Part shown: positions 45,365 to 64,000 of the stretch, one piece after another
How the letters are laid out: the number at the start of each line of letters is the position of its first letter
Position numbering within the stretch: the first letter of the stretch is position 1
Assembly: GCF_009914755.1 (NCBI RefSeq)
Contig: NC_060934.1
Length of the DNA: 64,000 nucleotides
Source of the DNA: the human T2T-CHM13v2.0 reference genome, Homo sapiens
Direction: 5' to 3' (one strand)
Notes under the pieces: generated by a model
What the model was told of the DNA's origin: nothing
What the model saw: the letters and a program-made list of their open reading frames with translations, nothing else
Databases searched by the model: none
Made by a program: the position numbers and the translations under genes

Positions 45365-45990
45365 TGTGTAGAAATGCCTTTGGTGCTCCTGCCAGAATCC
45401 ATTTACCAGGTCAATGAACACATCTCCCAGTGCTTCTTGTTGGCTGCTATTACCTGCAGGTTTCTAGAACCCTTGTCCTGCTGACAAGCACCTACTTGGG
45501 AATACTAGGGAGGTTGTGCACCCCTCTATTTTCCCTCCAGACAGCATCTGCCAATGACGGACTGATGTGAGATTTGCTTCTGGCTGTACAACTCTATGGT
45601 GCAGTTTATGCTACAGATTTCCCTGTGGGCTCAAGAAGAGACTAGACTTCTCTAAGACCACATACTGGTCTAGTTCAGTGGTTCCTGAGCTCTGCTGCAC
45701 ATTGTAATCACTTGTTGTATTATTTTTCTCATTTTGCTTAACAAGTCATCCCCAAACATAGCAGCTTAAAACAACAAATATTTATTGTCTTATGACTTCT
45801 GTGGGTCAGGAATCTGGGCATGGCTTAGCTGTATGCCTTGACTTAAGATTTCCCATGAGGTAGGGTGGGGTGGAGAAGATCTGCTTCCAAGTTTACTCAT
45901 GTAGCCATTGCAGGCTTCAGTTTTTTCCAACGGGGTTTTCTCCACAGGGCTGCCTCAGGACATGGCAGCTGGCTTCCCCAGGAATAAGTG
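45365..45990. mobile_element. Old LTR fragments (LTR16-like, then MLT1-like)
   Basis: cagcttaaaacaacaaatatttattgtctt..ttctgtgggtcaggaatctgggcatggcttagctg from ~45715. Confidence 0.55.
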
Positions 45991-46117
45991 ATCAAAGAGA
46001 ATTTAATCCACAACATCAATTACAAACACAAAGTGTCTAAGAACAAAACTGTGAAGACAGTCTATACTTTTATAAAAATTGTGAATCTAATAATATAGTA
46101 ATTAAGATAATACCTGA

Positions 46118-46336
<219 letters not shown>

Positions 46337-46771
46337 TAATATAAAGATGTAATCTCTCCCCCAAATGAATTAATCAGAGATACACCAATCAAAATCTTTG
46401 CAGGGATTTTTACTGAGCTTGACAAGCTGATTATAAAATTCATTTGGAAGAATAAGATCTTAGAATGAAAGATCAAGTAAACTTAAGAAAACAAGATACT
46501 GTTTTTGTAAAGGTAAAATAGTTAAAACTGAATAATAGTGACATATAAATAGACAAAATAAATTGGAAGAAAAGAGAATACAAAGTGTGGAAACAAATCT
46601 ATGGGATTTGTTACATCATACAATTTGTATTTTAAATCGGTGGGAGAAAGAAAGAAATCTTTCACAAACGGTGCTGAGATAACTATTTATGTGGAAAGGA
46701 ATATAGATCGATCCTTACACATAATAAATGTTAAAAGCTCAAAAGGAAAAGTAGTAATAAGAAAATGTAGT

Positions 46772-47031
<260 letters not shown>

Positions 47032-49219
47032 GATGTAGAATAATATATTTGTGATCATGAGGTAAAAAGGACCTTTTGAATGATACATACAAAGGCATTA
47101 GACATAAAAAGAGATTTTGATACATTCAATTATATTAAAGTAGTACTTCAAAAGTACTATAATAAAGTACTACTTCAAAAGCAATTCTGCTCTTTCTTCC
47201 CCTTTTACTCTTTTTCATTTTCAAAGTCAAGTGAACAGTGCTGTGTATTGGCAATTCTGTCTGTTGAAAATAACAAAATACACTTCTTAGAGTGAAAAAA
47301 AATCATCACAAACAAAATTAAATATCTACTGATATTTGCAATACATATAATTTACAAATGCATATAACAGATATAATTAATAAAGAAGATCAACTCAACA
47401 AAAAAATGGACAAAGGATATGAACAGGCTAGTTACAGATAAGGAAAAGCTGAAGGACAACACATATATAAAAGATATTCAAGCTTGTGAATAATCACAGA
47501 AATGCAAATTAAAATAACAAAAATATGCCATTTTTTCAATTATCAGACTGGAAAACATTATAAAATTTAATAATATCAAAGATTTGCAAGGATTTTCAAG
47601 AACATCAGGTAGGCTCATAAGCTATTGGTATTGGGGCAAATTAAAGTGGCCATACTGAAAGGATTTTGGCAGTATACATCAAACTAAAAATGCATGTAAC
47701 CCAGGTAACTATTCTAGACAAACTTATATTTATGTAAAATGAGACAAATAAAATGCTATTTTTGTTATAACATTGTAAATAAAATCTGCTGTTGACATAC
47801 AATGTAATCTTATACAATTAAAAGGAATAAACTACATATGTATCTATCTTGAGATGGATAAACTTCAAGACTATTGTTGAATGAAAAGAACAAATTGTAA
47901 AGTAAAATTTTCTTGGGTATGATTAAGTAAAAGTGCACAAAATAATACTCTTTTTTTCTCTGGGTTCACAAATACATTTGTTAGAAGTCCAGAACATTAT
48001 TTTTAAAGATCTAGAATGATAACATAAAACTCATGAAGATGCTGCCACTCTGTCTCCAGCAGCACATGAGTGCTCCCCACAGCACCATTGCCCCGGCTGG
48101 CACGTGTAAGTATGCAGAACACCCCATCCCACTCCTGCCGGCACTGCACCCCTGCCAACACAAGCATACCTGCTCTGTGCTGCTGCTGCTGGCACATATG
48201 TGTGAGTGGGGACCTTGCTACAATCACTACAATGAAGCACTTTGGCTGACACACCCCATCAGAGTGTTGTTGCCAGTGGACTGGGAACACCTCAGTGCTT
48301 AACACTGAAGGGCCAGACAACAAAACTGTGGGTATGGTACCAGCCTTGCAAAGTTAGAGCATGCAGTTCAGGAGTGCTGAGCTGAGCCTTTGTCCCCTGA
48401 AATCTTCCAGAAATGAATCCATTTGACTGAAACTACCTTGTGCCACAGTCAAACCCTCAAGGGCATTAAAGAATATAAAAAAGGAAAAAACTCCATCCAA
48501 AGGACAGTGATTCAAAACATTAAAGGAACTTTAGCCCACACAGATGTGAAAGAACCAGTGCAAGAACTCTGGCAATGTAAAAAGCCAGAATGTCTTCCTG
48601 TCTTCAAGCAATCATACTAACTCTCCAACAATGGTTGTTAACCAGGATTAAATGACAGAATCTGGATAGAAACAAAGATCATTGAGATTCAGAAGAAAGT
48701 CAAAATCCAATCCAAATAATGTAAGGAATCCAATAAGATGACATAAGAGCTGAAAGATGAAATAGGCATTTTAAGAAAGAACCAAACTAAACTGATAGAG
48801 CTGAAAAATGCACCTCAAGAATTTCATAATACAATAACAAGTACTAACAGCAGAACGGACCAAGCTGAGGAAAGAATCTCAGATCTCAAAGACCACTTCT
48901 TTGAATCAACTCAGTCAGATGAAAATAAAGAACAAAAAAGAATGAACAAAACCTCTGAGAAATCTGAGATTATGTAAAGAGACCAAACATATGACTCAAG
49001 ACATCACTCAAAGAAAGGGAGAAAGAACAAGCAAGTTGGAAAACGTATTTGAGGATACTGCCCAAAAAATTTCCCAAATCTTGCTAGAGAAGTCACCATT
49101 TGAATCCAGGAAATGCAGAGAATCCTGTGAGATACTATACAAGATGACCATCCTCAAGACAGAGAGTCATCAGATTCTCCAAGGTCAACATGAAATAAAA
49201 AAATATGAAAGACAGCTAA

Positions 49220-49616
<397 letters not shown>

Positions 49617-49643
49617 TTCAGCATTCTTAAAAAAAAAATACTT

Positions 49644-49981
<338 letters not shown>

Positions 49982-52900
49982 TCATATGTGAAGGAGAAGT
50001 AAGGTCCTTTTCAGACAAACAAATGCTAACGGAATCTGTTACCACCAGACATGCCTTACAAGAGGTACTTAAGCGAGTGCTAAGCACGGAAGTGAAAGAC
50101 TGTTAATGGCCACCAAAAAATACATTTAAGTACATAGACCATTGACGTGTAAAGTAACTACACAATCAAGTCTGCATAATAACCAGCTAACAACATAATG
50201 GCAGGACCAAAGCTATAAATACCAATATTAACTGTGAATGTAAACAGTATAAATGACCTGCTTAAAACTCACAGAATGGCAAGTTGGATAAAGAAGCAAA
50301 GCCCAACTGTATCTGTTGTCAAGAGATCCAGCTCATATGCAACAATACTCATTGGCTTGAAGTAAAGGGATGGAAAAAAATCTACCAAGCAAATGCAAAA
50401 CAAAAAAGGGTAAGCATTGTTATTCTAATTCAGACAAAATAGACTTTAAACCAACAACAATCAAAAACACAAAGAAGGGCACTACGTAATGATAAAGGGT
50501 TCAATTCAACAAGAAGACTTACTGTCTGATAGATAAATGTGCTCAAAACTGGAGCATTCACATTCATAAAACAAGTTCATAGAGACCTATAGAGAGACTT
50601 AGATAACCACAGAATAATAGTGGGAGAATTCAACATCTCACTGACGGTACTAGACAGATCATAGAGACAGAAAATGAACAAAGATATTCAGGACTTGAAG
50701 TCAACACTTGGCTAAATGGACCTAACAGCCATCTACAGAACACTCCACCCAACAACAACAGAATATATCTTCCTCTCATCTGTACATGGCATATATTGTA
50801 AAATTGATCACACTATCAGTCTAAAATTATTTTCAATAAATTAAAAGAAACCCCAGAAATCATGCCAACCACACTCTTGGACTGCTCAGTGTAACAAAAA
50901 TAGAAGTCAACACTAAGAAGAACTCTCAAAACCATACAATTACATGGAAATTAAACAACCTGTGCCTGAATGACTTTTGGGTAAACAATGAAATTAAGGC
51001 AGAAACCAATAAATTCTTTGAAACTAATTAAAACAAAGATACAACATTCTAGGCTCTCTAAGACACAGGCAAAGCAGTGTTGAGGGAAAAATTTATCGTG
51101 CTAAAGGCCCATATTGAAAAGTTAGAAAGATCTTAAATTAACAACCTAATATCATACCTAAAGGAAATAGAAAAACAAGAATAAACCAACCCAAAGCTAG
51201 CAGAAGAAAATAAATAACCAAAATCAGGGCAGAATGGAATGAAATTGAGTCATGAAAAGCCATACAAAAGATAAATGAAACTAAAAGCTGTTTCTTCGAA
51301 AGAATAAATAAATTTGATAGGTCACTAGCTAGACCAATAAGAAAAAAAAAAAAAGAGAAGATACAAAAAACACAATCAGAAATGGTAAAGTGGACATTAC
51401 CGCCAACCACACAAAAATACAAAAAACTCTCAGAGACTATGATGAACATATTTATGCAAACAAAGTAGAACACCTACAAGAAATGGGTAAATTTCTGGAA
51501 ACATACAACCTCCCAAGATTGAACTAGGAAGAAATTGAAATCCTGAACAAACCAAAAATGAGTTCTGAAACTGAATGTGTAATAAAAAGTCTTTGAGCCA
51601 AAAAAAAAAAAAAAAAGCAAGCCCAGGACCCAACAGATTCACAGACAAATTCTACCGGAAGTGTAAAGAAGAGCTGGTACCAATGCTACTGAAATTATTC
51701 CGAAAAAATGAGGAGGAAGGATCCCTCCCTAACTCATTTTATGAGGTCAGCATCATTCAGATATGAAAACCTGGCAGAGACACAACAAAAAAGAAAACTT
51801 CAGGACAGTTATCACTGATGATCATAGATGCAAAAATCCTCAATAAAATACAAGCAGACTGAATCCAGCAGCATATCAAAAAGCTAGTCCACTATGATCA
51901 AGTAAGCTTTATCCCTGGGATGCAAGTTTGGTTCAAGATATACAAACCAATAAATGTGATTCATCATAAAATAGAACTAAAAGTAAAAACATCCGTTCAT
52001 GATATAAACCCTCAACAAATGAGTTACTGAAGGAGCATACCTCAAAATATTTATGACATTTATGACATTTATGACATTTATGACAAACCCACAGCCAACT
52101 TCATACTGAATGGGAAAAAGCTGGAATATTCCCTTTGAGAACTGGAACAAGACAAGGATGCCCACTCCCACTACTCCTATTCATCATAGTGCTGGATGTC
52201 CTAGCCAGTGCAATTAGGCAAGAGAAAGAAACACAGACACCTAAATAGGAAGAATGGAAGTCAAACTATGCCTCTTCATAGGTGAAACACTTTTATACCA
52301 AGAAAACCCCATAGTAGCCTATCGAGAGCTCTCAGATCTGACAAAAGACTTCAGCAAAGTTTCAGGATACAAAAATCAATGTACAAAAATCTGTAGCATT
52401 TCTATACACCAACAACATCCAAGCTGACAGCCAAATCAAGAATGCAATCCCATTCACAGTAGCCACAAAAAAACTACAAAATACCTTGGAATACAGCTAA
52501 GCAGGGAGGTGAAAAATCTCTAAAATGAAAATTACAAGCGAGTGCTCAAAGAATCAGAGACAACAGAAACAAAAGGAAAACATTCCATGATCACAGATAG
52601 GAAGAAGCAATATTGTTAAAATGGCCATACTGTCTAAGGCTATTTACAGAGTCAATGCTATTCCTATCATACCACCAATGACATTTTTCACAGGATTAAA
52701 AAAAAGCATTCTAAAATTCATTTGGAGCCAAAAAAAAGAAAAAAAAAAGCCCAAATAGCCAAAGCAATCCTAAGCAAAAAGAACAAAGTCGAAAGCGTCA
52801 CACTACCTGACTTCGAACTGTACTACAATGCTGCAGTAAGCAAAACAGCACGTTTATGCTCAGGAAAAGAAATAATCAGCAGAGTAAAAAGACAACCTAT

Positions 52901-53687
52901 AGAGTGGGAGAAAATCTTTACAAACTATGCATCCAGCAAAGTACTAATATCCAGAATCTATAAGGAACTCAAAAACAGACATAGACCAGTGGAACAGGTT
53001 ACAGAATGCAGAAATAAAGCCGCACACCTATAGCCATCTACTCTTCAACAAACTTGACAAAAACAAGCAATGGGGAAGGGAATCCCTACTTGGAAATTGT
53101 GCTGGGATAACTGGCTAGCCGTATGCAGAAAATTGAAACTGGACTCCCTATGATTCACCGTTTACAAAAATCAACTCAAGGTAGATTAAAGACTTAAATG
53201 TAAAACCCAAAACTATAAAAACCCTGGAAGATAGCCTAAGAAATACCATTCTGGATACAGGCCATTCTGGACATATCCTAGGAAATTTCAATTCTGGAAA
53301 ACACTTTATGACAAAGATGCCAAAAGCAATTGCAACAAAACAAAAATTGACAAATGGGACCTAATTAAACTAAAGGGCTTCTGCACAGCAAAAGAAATCA
53401 TCAACAAACAACCTATGGAATGGGAGGAAATATTTGCAAACCATGCATTCGACAAAAGTCTAATATCCAGAATCCAAAAAGAACTTAGAAAAATCAACAA
53501 GCAAAAATCTAACAACCCCATTAAATGGGCAAAGGACAGGACAAGACAATTCTCAAAAGAAGACAAACATGTAGTCAACAAGTATACGGAAAAATATTCA
53601 ACATCACTAATCATTAGAGAAATGCAAAACAAAAGTGCAATGAGATACAACCTCACAGGAGGCAGAATGGCTATTATTAAAAAGTCA

Positions 53688-56100
<2,413 letters not shown>

Positions 56101-57320
56101 AGACATGAGATCAACCTAAATGCCCATCAATGGTGAACTGGATAAAGAAAACGTGGCACATATACACCATAGAATAATACACAGCCATAAGAAAGAACGA
56201 GATCATGTCCTTTGGAGCAACGTGGATGGAGTTGCGGCCATTATGCAAAGTGAATTAATGCAGGAACAGGAAACCAAATATCCCATATTCTCACTTATAA
56301 GTGGGAGCTAAACACTGAGTACACATGGACAGAAAGAAGGGAACAATCGTCACTAGGTGAATTTGAGGGTGGAGGGTGGAAGGAGGGGGAGAATAGAAAA
56401 ACTACCTATTGGGTATTATACTTACAACCTGGGTGACAAAGTAATCTGCATACCAAACCCCTGTGACATGCAATTTATCCATATAACAAGCCTGCTGATG
56501 TACCCCTTGAGCCAAAATAAAAATTGGAAAAGAAAAAAACTCCTAAGAGTTGTCACTTTGGGTGGAGTTATGGGCATTATGATTTGAAGGCATAGTTTAA
56601 GGTCATTCCTCCTTTATTTATAAAGTTCTAATTTTTAAAATAAAAGTACATTTGAGTATTTTATTATAAACATTAATTTAAAAATTCACTGGATTTTGTA
56701 GTAACTATGTAATGGATGAACTTTGCTATGAGTGTCATTGGAATGGATAAGCAGAGACAAAATTTGCTGAATTAAGAAATGAAAAGGAGTTAGGATCTAG
56801 AGACAGTAGTTAGAGACTTATTTTGAGGAATTCAAACATAAGACAAATGGATGGTAGATAAAGATGGATGGGGCATTGGATATACGGCAAGAGTTTTTGT
56901 TTGCTTGCTTTCTTTAAAATGGGAGAGTTTATATTTATACACCTATGTCTATATAAAATGTTTTTCAAATATATATATACACATACATATATATGAAATG
57001 TGCAACTGTATTTACATATAGTTATGAGGAATAGGCCATTAGATAGATTAAAACATACAGATATAATACAGATGAAAAGGAATAAATTGATCACGTGAAT
57101 TTTCTTGATGATAAACATTTAGGGGCTATGAATGTTTGTTAAAAAAATTTCGTGCAATTTGGGACATGCTCTGCTTTTAATCAACTGCTTTCCAAGGATT
57201 TTAACACTGTGAAATGAATTTTAATAGAGCTTTTCTATACAATATTCTGAATATTTTAACAGTTTTAACCAAGCATCCTTAATTGAATATTTTCATAAGA
57301 AAAAATGAGAAATAAATTAC

Positions 57321-57448
57321 CCTAATAGAATTGCCCATTGCCAGGGAAATTTCATAATGAAGTGGGAAAAAACAGCAGCTGCACTTGCCTCCATAAGGCA
57401 TGGACCTACAGCCAATCTGAAACAAACCACCTTCAAATGCCTCCAAGC
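57321..57448 (-). pseudogene. SLC9B1P: SLC9B1P exon 6
   Basis: ttcag|GCT...TTA GG|gtaatt; AWRHLKVVCFRLAVGPCLMEASAAAVFSHFIMKFPWQWAILL; 128 nt, open. Confidence 0.93.
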
Positions 57449-58232
57449 CTGAAACACAAAACAGTCATATTTGATACATTTACAATGGCCAAAAAGAAAA
57501 TTATTTTAACAAATGTTGGACTATAAAGTCTTTTTTCATAAGAAGTTTCACTAAACAAAATCTCATTTCAACAGATTGTCCCACTGGACTTTGAACTCTA
57601 TTATATTTTATATGTCATCATAGGTTGGATTATAAACAATTTCATCTTTCATAAAATATTATTGTATTTTAATTATTAAAAGACCAATTTTACTGTGATT
57701 AAATAGCTAATGCTACCTTCCTGAACTTTCCTAATACATAGTATAATAATAGTGTCCTATTAGTGTTTTCCCATTGACTTTTTGATATGAACTGTTTGAT
57801 TAACGTGATAAGTATAAATACAATACTAACATGCCAAAGAAAATAACTTAAAAACTGCATAATTCATTTTAAAAGAGAGAACTTTTCAATTTTCTCCTTG
57901 GTTCATACTTTCTACTGGAGAATATAATCTCATTGGCTATAATTATTTATGCTCTTGAGCTATTTCTATTAAACCACATTTGCCACATTTATTTGAGTGG
58001 CTGTCATATTCATGAATAGTCATCTTCTTATAGATGGGATTTATGATCCCTAGAATGTAATATTTTAAGAAATGCTTTAAAAGATTAGATTTTACAATAA
58101 TGCAAAGATAATCAGGAACATAATCCTGTAGAGAAAACATAATAAAAAATTACTGAAATCCTTAATCTCCCTAAAAAAATAAAAAGAATTGTATAAGTTT
58201 TTTTTTTTTTTTTCTGTATGTGACATTTTTTC

Positions 58233-58632
<400 letters not shown>

Positions 58633-58763
58633 TATTTTTCTTTATCTTAGGTTTGTTTACAGACTCCACTTGGAACAGGTAAATAAAATTTTTGCTTATT
58701 TTTCTTTCTCACCATCCTCTAATATTTGAAATAACCTTACTCGATTTGTAATTGTAAATCTAC

Positions 58764-58906
58764 CTGTGGATCGAGTCCAAGCCCAGCTCGTATTAGAATA
58801 ATGTTAAGGGCAATGCTTCTTAAAATTGAAGACCATGCGTTAGGAACATGGACATGTTCATTGATGAATGGAACATTCCTAATTGTAAAACCAGCCAGTA
58901 ACATCC
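58764..58906 (-). pseudogene. SLC9B1P: SLC9B1P exon 5
   Basis: ttaag|GG ATG...CCA CAG|gtagat; MLLAGFTIRNVPFINEHVHVPNAWSSILRSIALNIILIRAGLGLDPQ; 143 nt, open. Confidence 0.93.
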
Positions 58907-59499
58907 CTTAAAAGAAAGAAAATAAACATACTTGACAGTTCATTTTTCTGAGAAAGAAAACAGAAATGTTTACTTTATTTTCTAATGCACTATGTCTCTC
59001 ATTATTTTGGTAAAGGGCAGGTTACAAGCAAGTAGAGAAGGCAGCATGAATAAAGGAATGGCGATAAGAAACAATACACCTAAATGGGGCTCAACAAGTA
59101 ATTTAGTGTTGCTGGAATATACAGGGCAAGGAAAGGAGGGAGGAGAATGAGCTTGGTGGGCCAGATCATAGAAAGGTCTCCCCCGACTTTGGCAAAGTAA
59201 GGCACCATGGGAAGGTTTTAGGCAGGAAGTAACATAATGAGTCTTGCGATTTTTATATGAGGGTCTTGGTGAATTAGTTAGGGATAAAACTGGAGACAGA
59301 GACCAAATTGAAGGCTCTGCCACAGTCCACGCAAAAGTTGGAAACAAATAGCCCAAGCTAGAGCAAAAGAGAAAGTTTGGAGAGGAGGAAAGTGATTCAA
59401 TAAATACTTGGAAGGTGCTGCAAGAAAACTGTGGATACAGAAGGGACAGCAGAGATAAGATGTAGAGATTATCTCTACTGACAGTGTACTGAATATATA

Positions 59500-59784
<285 letters not shown>

Positions 59785-59800
59785 TAGACATATTTGAATA

Positions 59801-60370
59801 CAGTAAGTTCTCACTTAACATCATCGATAGGTGATTGGAAATGGCAACTTTGAGTAAAATGGTATATAACAAAACCAATTTAACATAGGCTAAGTGATAT
59901 AAAGAAGAGTGAATTTCCTACAGCATATTTCTGGTCACAAAACATCACCAAACTTCTAAATAAAGATCCAAAACACTTCTAGTATTAAACAATGAAATAA
60001 ATGTGAGCTCTACATACATTTTACAAAGTTTTATAAAAACAAATAAGATAATTCTTTACTTAATTTTTGGTGAATCCACGAGTGATGGTGGTTATAGCAG
60101 TGATGGTTAAAATCAAAGAATAAATGTTTACAAAGTGAAAATTGTAAGGAGCACCTCCTCCCACTATGCAGCTCAAAAACAAACACAAATATGGTAGGTG
60201 GCTGAGAGTTTTCATATCACATTGTTTATTGTTTTGCATTTGTATGGTTATCATATACTTAACAAAATTTTATTTTACAATAATTTATATTCATTCATTT
60301 TTTCATTGTACAATCCACTAGTTCAGGGTCATTGTACAATCCACTAGAACAGTAGTTCAGGGTCAAAGGT
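59801..60370 (+). mobile_element. Tigger-family DNA transposon fragment (Tigger5-like)
   Basis: TA target followed by TIR-like CAGTAAGTTCTCACTTAACATCATCGATAGG. Confidence 0.65.
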
Positions 60371-60374
60371 GATT

Positions 60375-61110
60375 GAAACTTAATCCAAAAAAATCAAAGA
60401 GGGACTACCTTCCTAACACATTCTATGAATCTAGTATCACAATTATACCCAAATCAGGCAAAGCCATACACACACACAAACACACACACACACACACACA
60501 CTCCACCGGTCAGTATCCCTGATGAACATAGATGCAAAAATTCTCAACTAGCAAAATGAATTCTATAGTACATCAAAAAGATAATATAGTTAAGTGTGTT
60601 TTACTCCAGAAATACAAGGATGGTTAAACATGTGAATCATTCTTCCATAAAGAGATGCACACACATATGTTCATTGTGGCACTATTCACAATAAAAAGAC
60701 ATGGAATCAACCTAAATGACTAAATAAAGAAAATGTGGTACATATACACCATGGAATACTATGCAGTCATAAAAAAGAATGGCATCATGTCCTTTGTAGC
60801 AACATGGATAGAGCTGAACACCATTATCCTAAGTGAAATAACTCAGAAACAGAAAACTCAAATACCACATGTTCTCACTTATATGTGGGAGCTAAACAAT
60901 GGGTACATATGGACATAAAGATGGAAATAATAGACACTGGGGAGTCCAAAAGGAGAGAGGGTTGGAGGGTTAAGGTTGAAAAATTACCTATTGGGTATAG
61001 TATTCACTGTTTGGTGATGGGTTCACTAGAGCCCAAATCTCACCATTATGCAATATATCCATGTACCAAACCTGCACATGTACTCCGTGAATCTAAAATT
61101 TTTAAAGGTT
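60375..61110 (+). mobile_element. Internally deleted L1 (L1PB/MA-type) with (CA)n at 60467-60501
   Basis: ORF2 fragment joined directly to the 3'UTR. Confidence 0.75.
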
Positions 61111-61398
61111 CTATTAAACAAAAAAGCAACAGGAATAATGTGCTAAGGATATTAAATTTATTTCAAAAATAAATTTTGGGTAAAACTTGTGTGTGTATAT
61201 ATGTAGACAGAGAGAGAAATAAATGCCCATATAAAGGATCTGTACACACACACACACACGCAGTAAATACACACATGAAGAAACTATATAAAACATACTA
61301 CATTGAAATATTGCTGAATTATAACTAATTCAACAAGAAAATGTTCAAAATTTGCATATAGTCAATAATAAAGAAAAGAGAGCTAATTATATGCTTAC

Positions 61399-61569
61399 CA
61401 AGAAGAGGTGGAAATGGCGGCACTAAAGGTATTCTAATGAGTTGTAAATTTTTTCCCCCAATAATGGCACTATAAAAAATAATTAACAATCCAAATAAAT
61501 TTCCACCAGGGAGAGCTTCAGAGCCTAAGATTGACCAGGTCATGTACCATATCACAAACAGTGTAACTC
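61399..61569 (-). pseudogene. SLC9B1P: SLC9B1P exon 4
   Basis: ttcag|GA...CTT G|gtaagc; VTLFVIWYMTWSILGSEALPGGNLFGLLIIFYSAIIGGKNLQLIRIPLVPPFPPLL; 171 nt, open. Confidence 0.93.
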
Positions 61570-61819
61570 CTGAAATACGAAAAAGTGAACAGCTATATAT
61601 CTACATACACATAGATGTATACAAACAAAGGATCAATTCTCTTTTATCATATATACTAATAGCCAGTTCTATAAAATGATACATGGTATAGATCAACATT
61701 GCTTACTAGTTTGGTGAAAGAGATATCTGCTTAACATATATTCCAAATAACCTGTCAATTTATGAAGTAGGTTTTAAACAAAGTGTTTTCACTTTAAAAA
61801 TATTTAAAAACTGTATGTG

Positions 61820-62154
<335 letters not shown>

Positions 62155-62847
62155 CTAACTTATAATACATGATAGTTAAAAACATCATGGCAATATGATG
62201 AGATTTACTTCATTTTATATTTTAAAATAGCTTTTTTATCAGGATGGAAAATAAGAGGATGATTGGCTGTGATAAGAATTCACAACCTTATTGAAGATCA
62301 CAGTGTCAAGGTGCCAAATCTTTTAACAGGAACCTGCTAAATCTTTTTATTGAAAGGATAATTCAACTGATTTTTGGCATAAATGTATTATAGGAGGTAA
62401 TGGCTGGAAGAAATGAACCTAGATTTTGTGGGAATAAATATAAAGTATCTTAGATTATGTGTAGGAGGTAGAGGGAGATTAAGATGAGTAGGTATAAATT
62501 ACTAGACATCTTGTTTCTGGCAACTAGGTGCTACTCACTGAGGAATCCATAGGTTTCTGTAAAGAACAGACAATAACATGGTAAATTTCCATTTGCTAAT
62601 TAAATGGCTACCTTTATTTGCTATGAATCATAATTGATAATGCTTTTAATATTCTTAAAACTGCTTACATGAATTTTTTAGCTATGACCCCTTTCTGGCT
62701 GTATAGAATTTGCCAGGGTAGAAGAGGAGGATTTTGACTCACTCCAGGCAGAGAGTTAGAAGAAAGTTTCTTTCCTCGTCCCCTCTGATTATTGTCATCC
62801 TGCAAAACTGGAAGCCTTGGAGGGCTAAACATTTACTAAAATAATGG

Positions 62848-63326
<479 letters not shown>

Positions 63327-63559
63327 TTACGTGCACAGGTTAGGGATCCCAAAGTTCTAAACCTACCATAAAAGTGTCCCTGCATAGAAGTATCCCTAGA
63401 ACATTTACTAGATGCTAATTCAAAAAATCTCTAATAGACACTCCTGATCCCAGACTGCATAAAGTCAATAGAACCACTAGATAGACACTATAAAATATGT
63501 ATTTTCAAAGGGACTAGATAAAATTTTTAAAAATTGCAGACATGAGAAGAAGAAATTAC

Positions 63560-64000
63560 TTGAAAGTATTGTAAAATAATTAAATAGAACATCTAGAAAA
63601 AACTTTAAAATTTACTCAACTGAAAAAAACCCACTAAGTACTGAAATAGCAATCTAGACAAAGCTGAAGAGAGAACACAGCAAAGTAGTAGATATGAGGA
63701 AATTATTTAAGAGCATAGCACACACACAAAAAAATGAGGTGGAAAATGAGAGATTTAGATTATGGAAAAGATCTAAAACACAATTATTGGTAGTTTCAGA
63801 AACATAATTGAAAGAATGAAGAAGACATAATATTTGAGAAGAAAACTGGCTTCAAATTTTACAGAATTGATTAGGGTTTTTATTGATTTGGACACAGGAA
63901 GTCAAATGAGTTCTAATCAGGATTAAGTAAAAATAGACACTTAGATAAAATGTTGAGAAACTATAGACTACCAAAGGCAAAAATAAAATCTTAAATAATC
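63560..64000 (+). mobile_element. Ancient L1M ORF1-region remnant
   Basis: A-rich ORF1-like blocks (aatagcaatctagacaaagctgaagagaga). Confidence 0.45.

Noticed and set aside
60304-60364. Local duplication CATTGTACAATCCACTAG...TTCAGGGTCA
   Set aside because: Small tandem duplication near a repeat junction, with no functional indication.

Overview
Primate (human/great-ape-type) genomic DNA dominated by interspersed repeats. The main structure is an unprocessed pseudogene copy of SLC9B1 (NHEDC1/NHA1, Na+/H+ exchanger) on the minus strand. Nine exons, equivalent to parental exons 4-12, can be read between 61569 and 13469. They carry four inactivating lesions: a 1-bp frameshift in exon 7, a CGA>TGA stop and a GT>TT donor in exon 8, and an AG>AA acceptor at exon 11. 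This fits one of the segmental-duplication SLC9B1P copies, but which one cannot be decided from this window. Downstream lies a full-length processed PABPC1 pseudogene (+, ~7883-11023), split by a solo ERV1 LTR, whose 5' end still looks like a CpG island. The rest is L1, Alu, MIR/L2, ERVL/MaLR/ERV1 LTRs and a Tigger. No intact protein-coding gene is present, and I find no support for a new biological system. The most interesting signals are repeat archaeology: a chimeric L1-in-L1 insertion with a 3' transduction inside one target-site duplication (TSD), a templated L1-to-L1 patch, a MaLR-int/MLT2A fusion and a tight inverted Alu pair. Repeat subfamily names and parental sequences are recalled from memory, and repeat boundaries are approximate.
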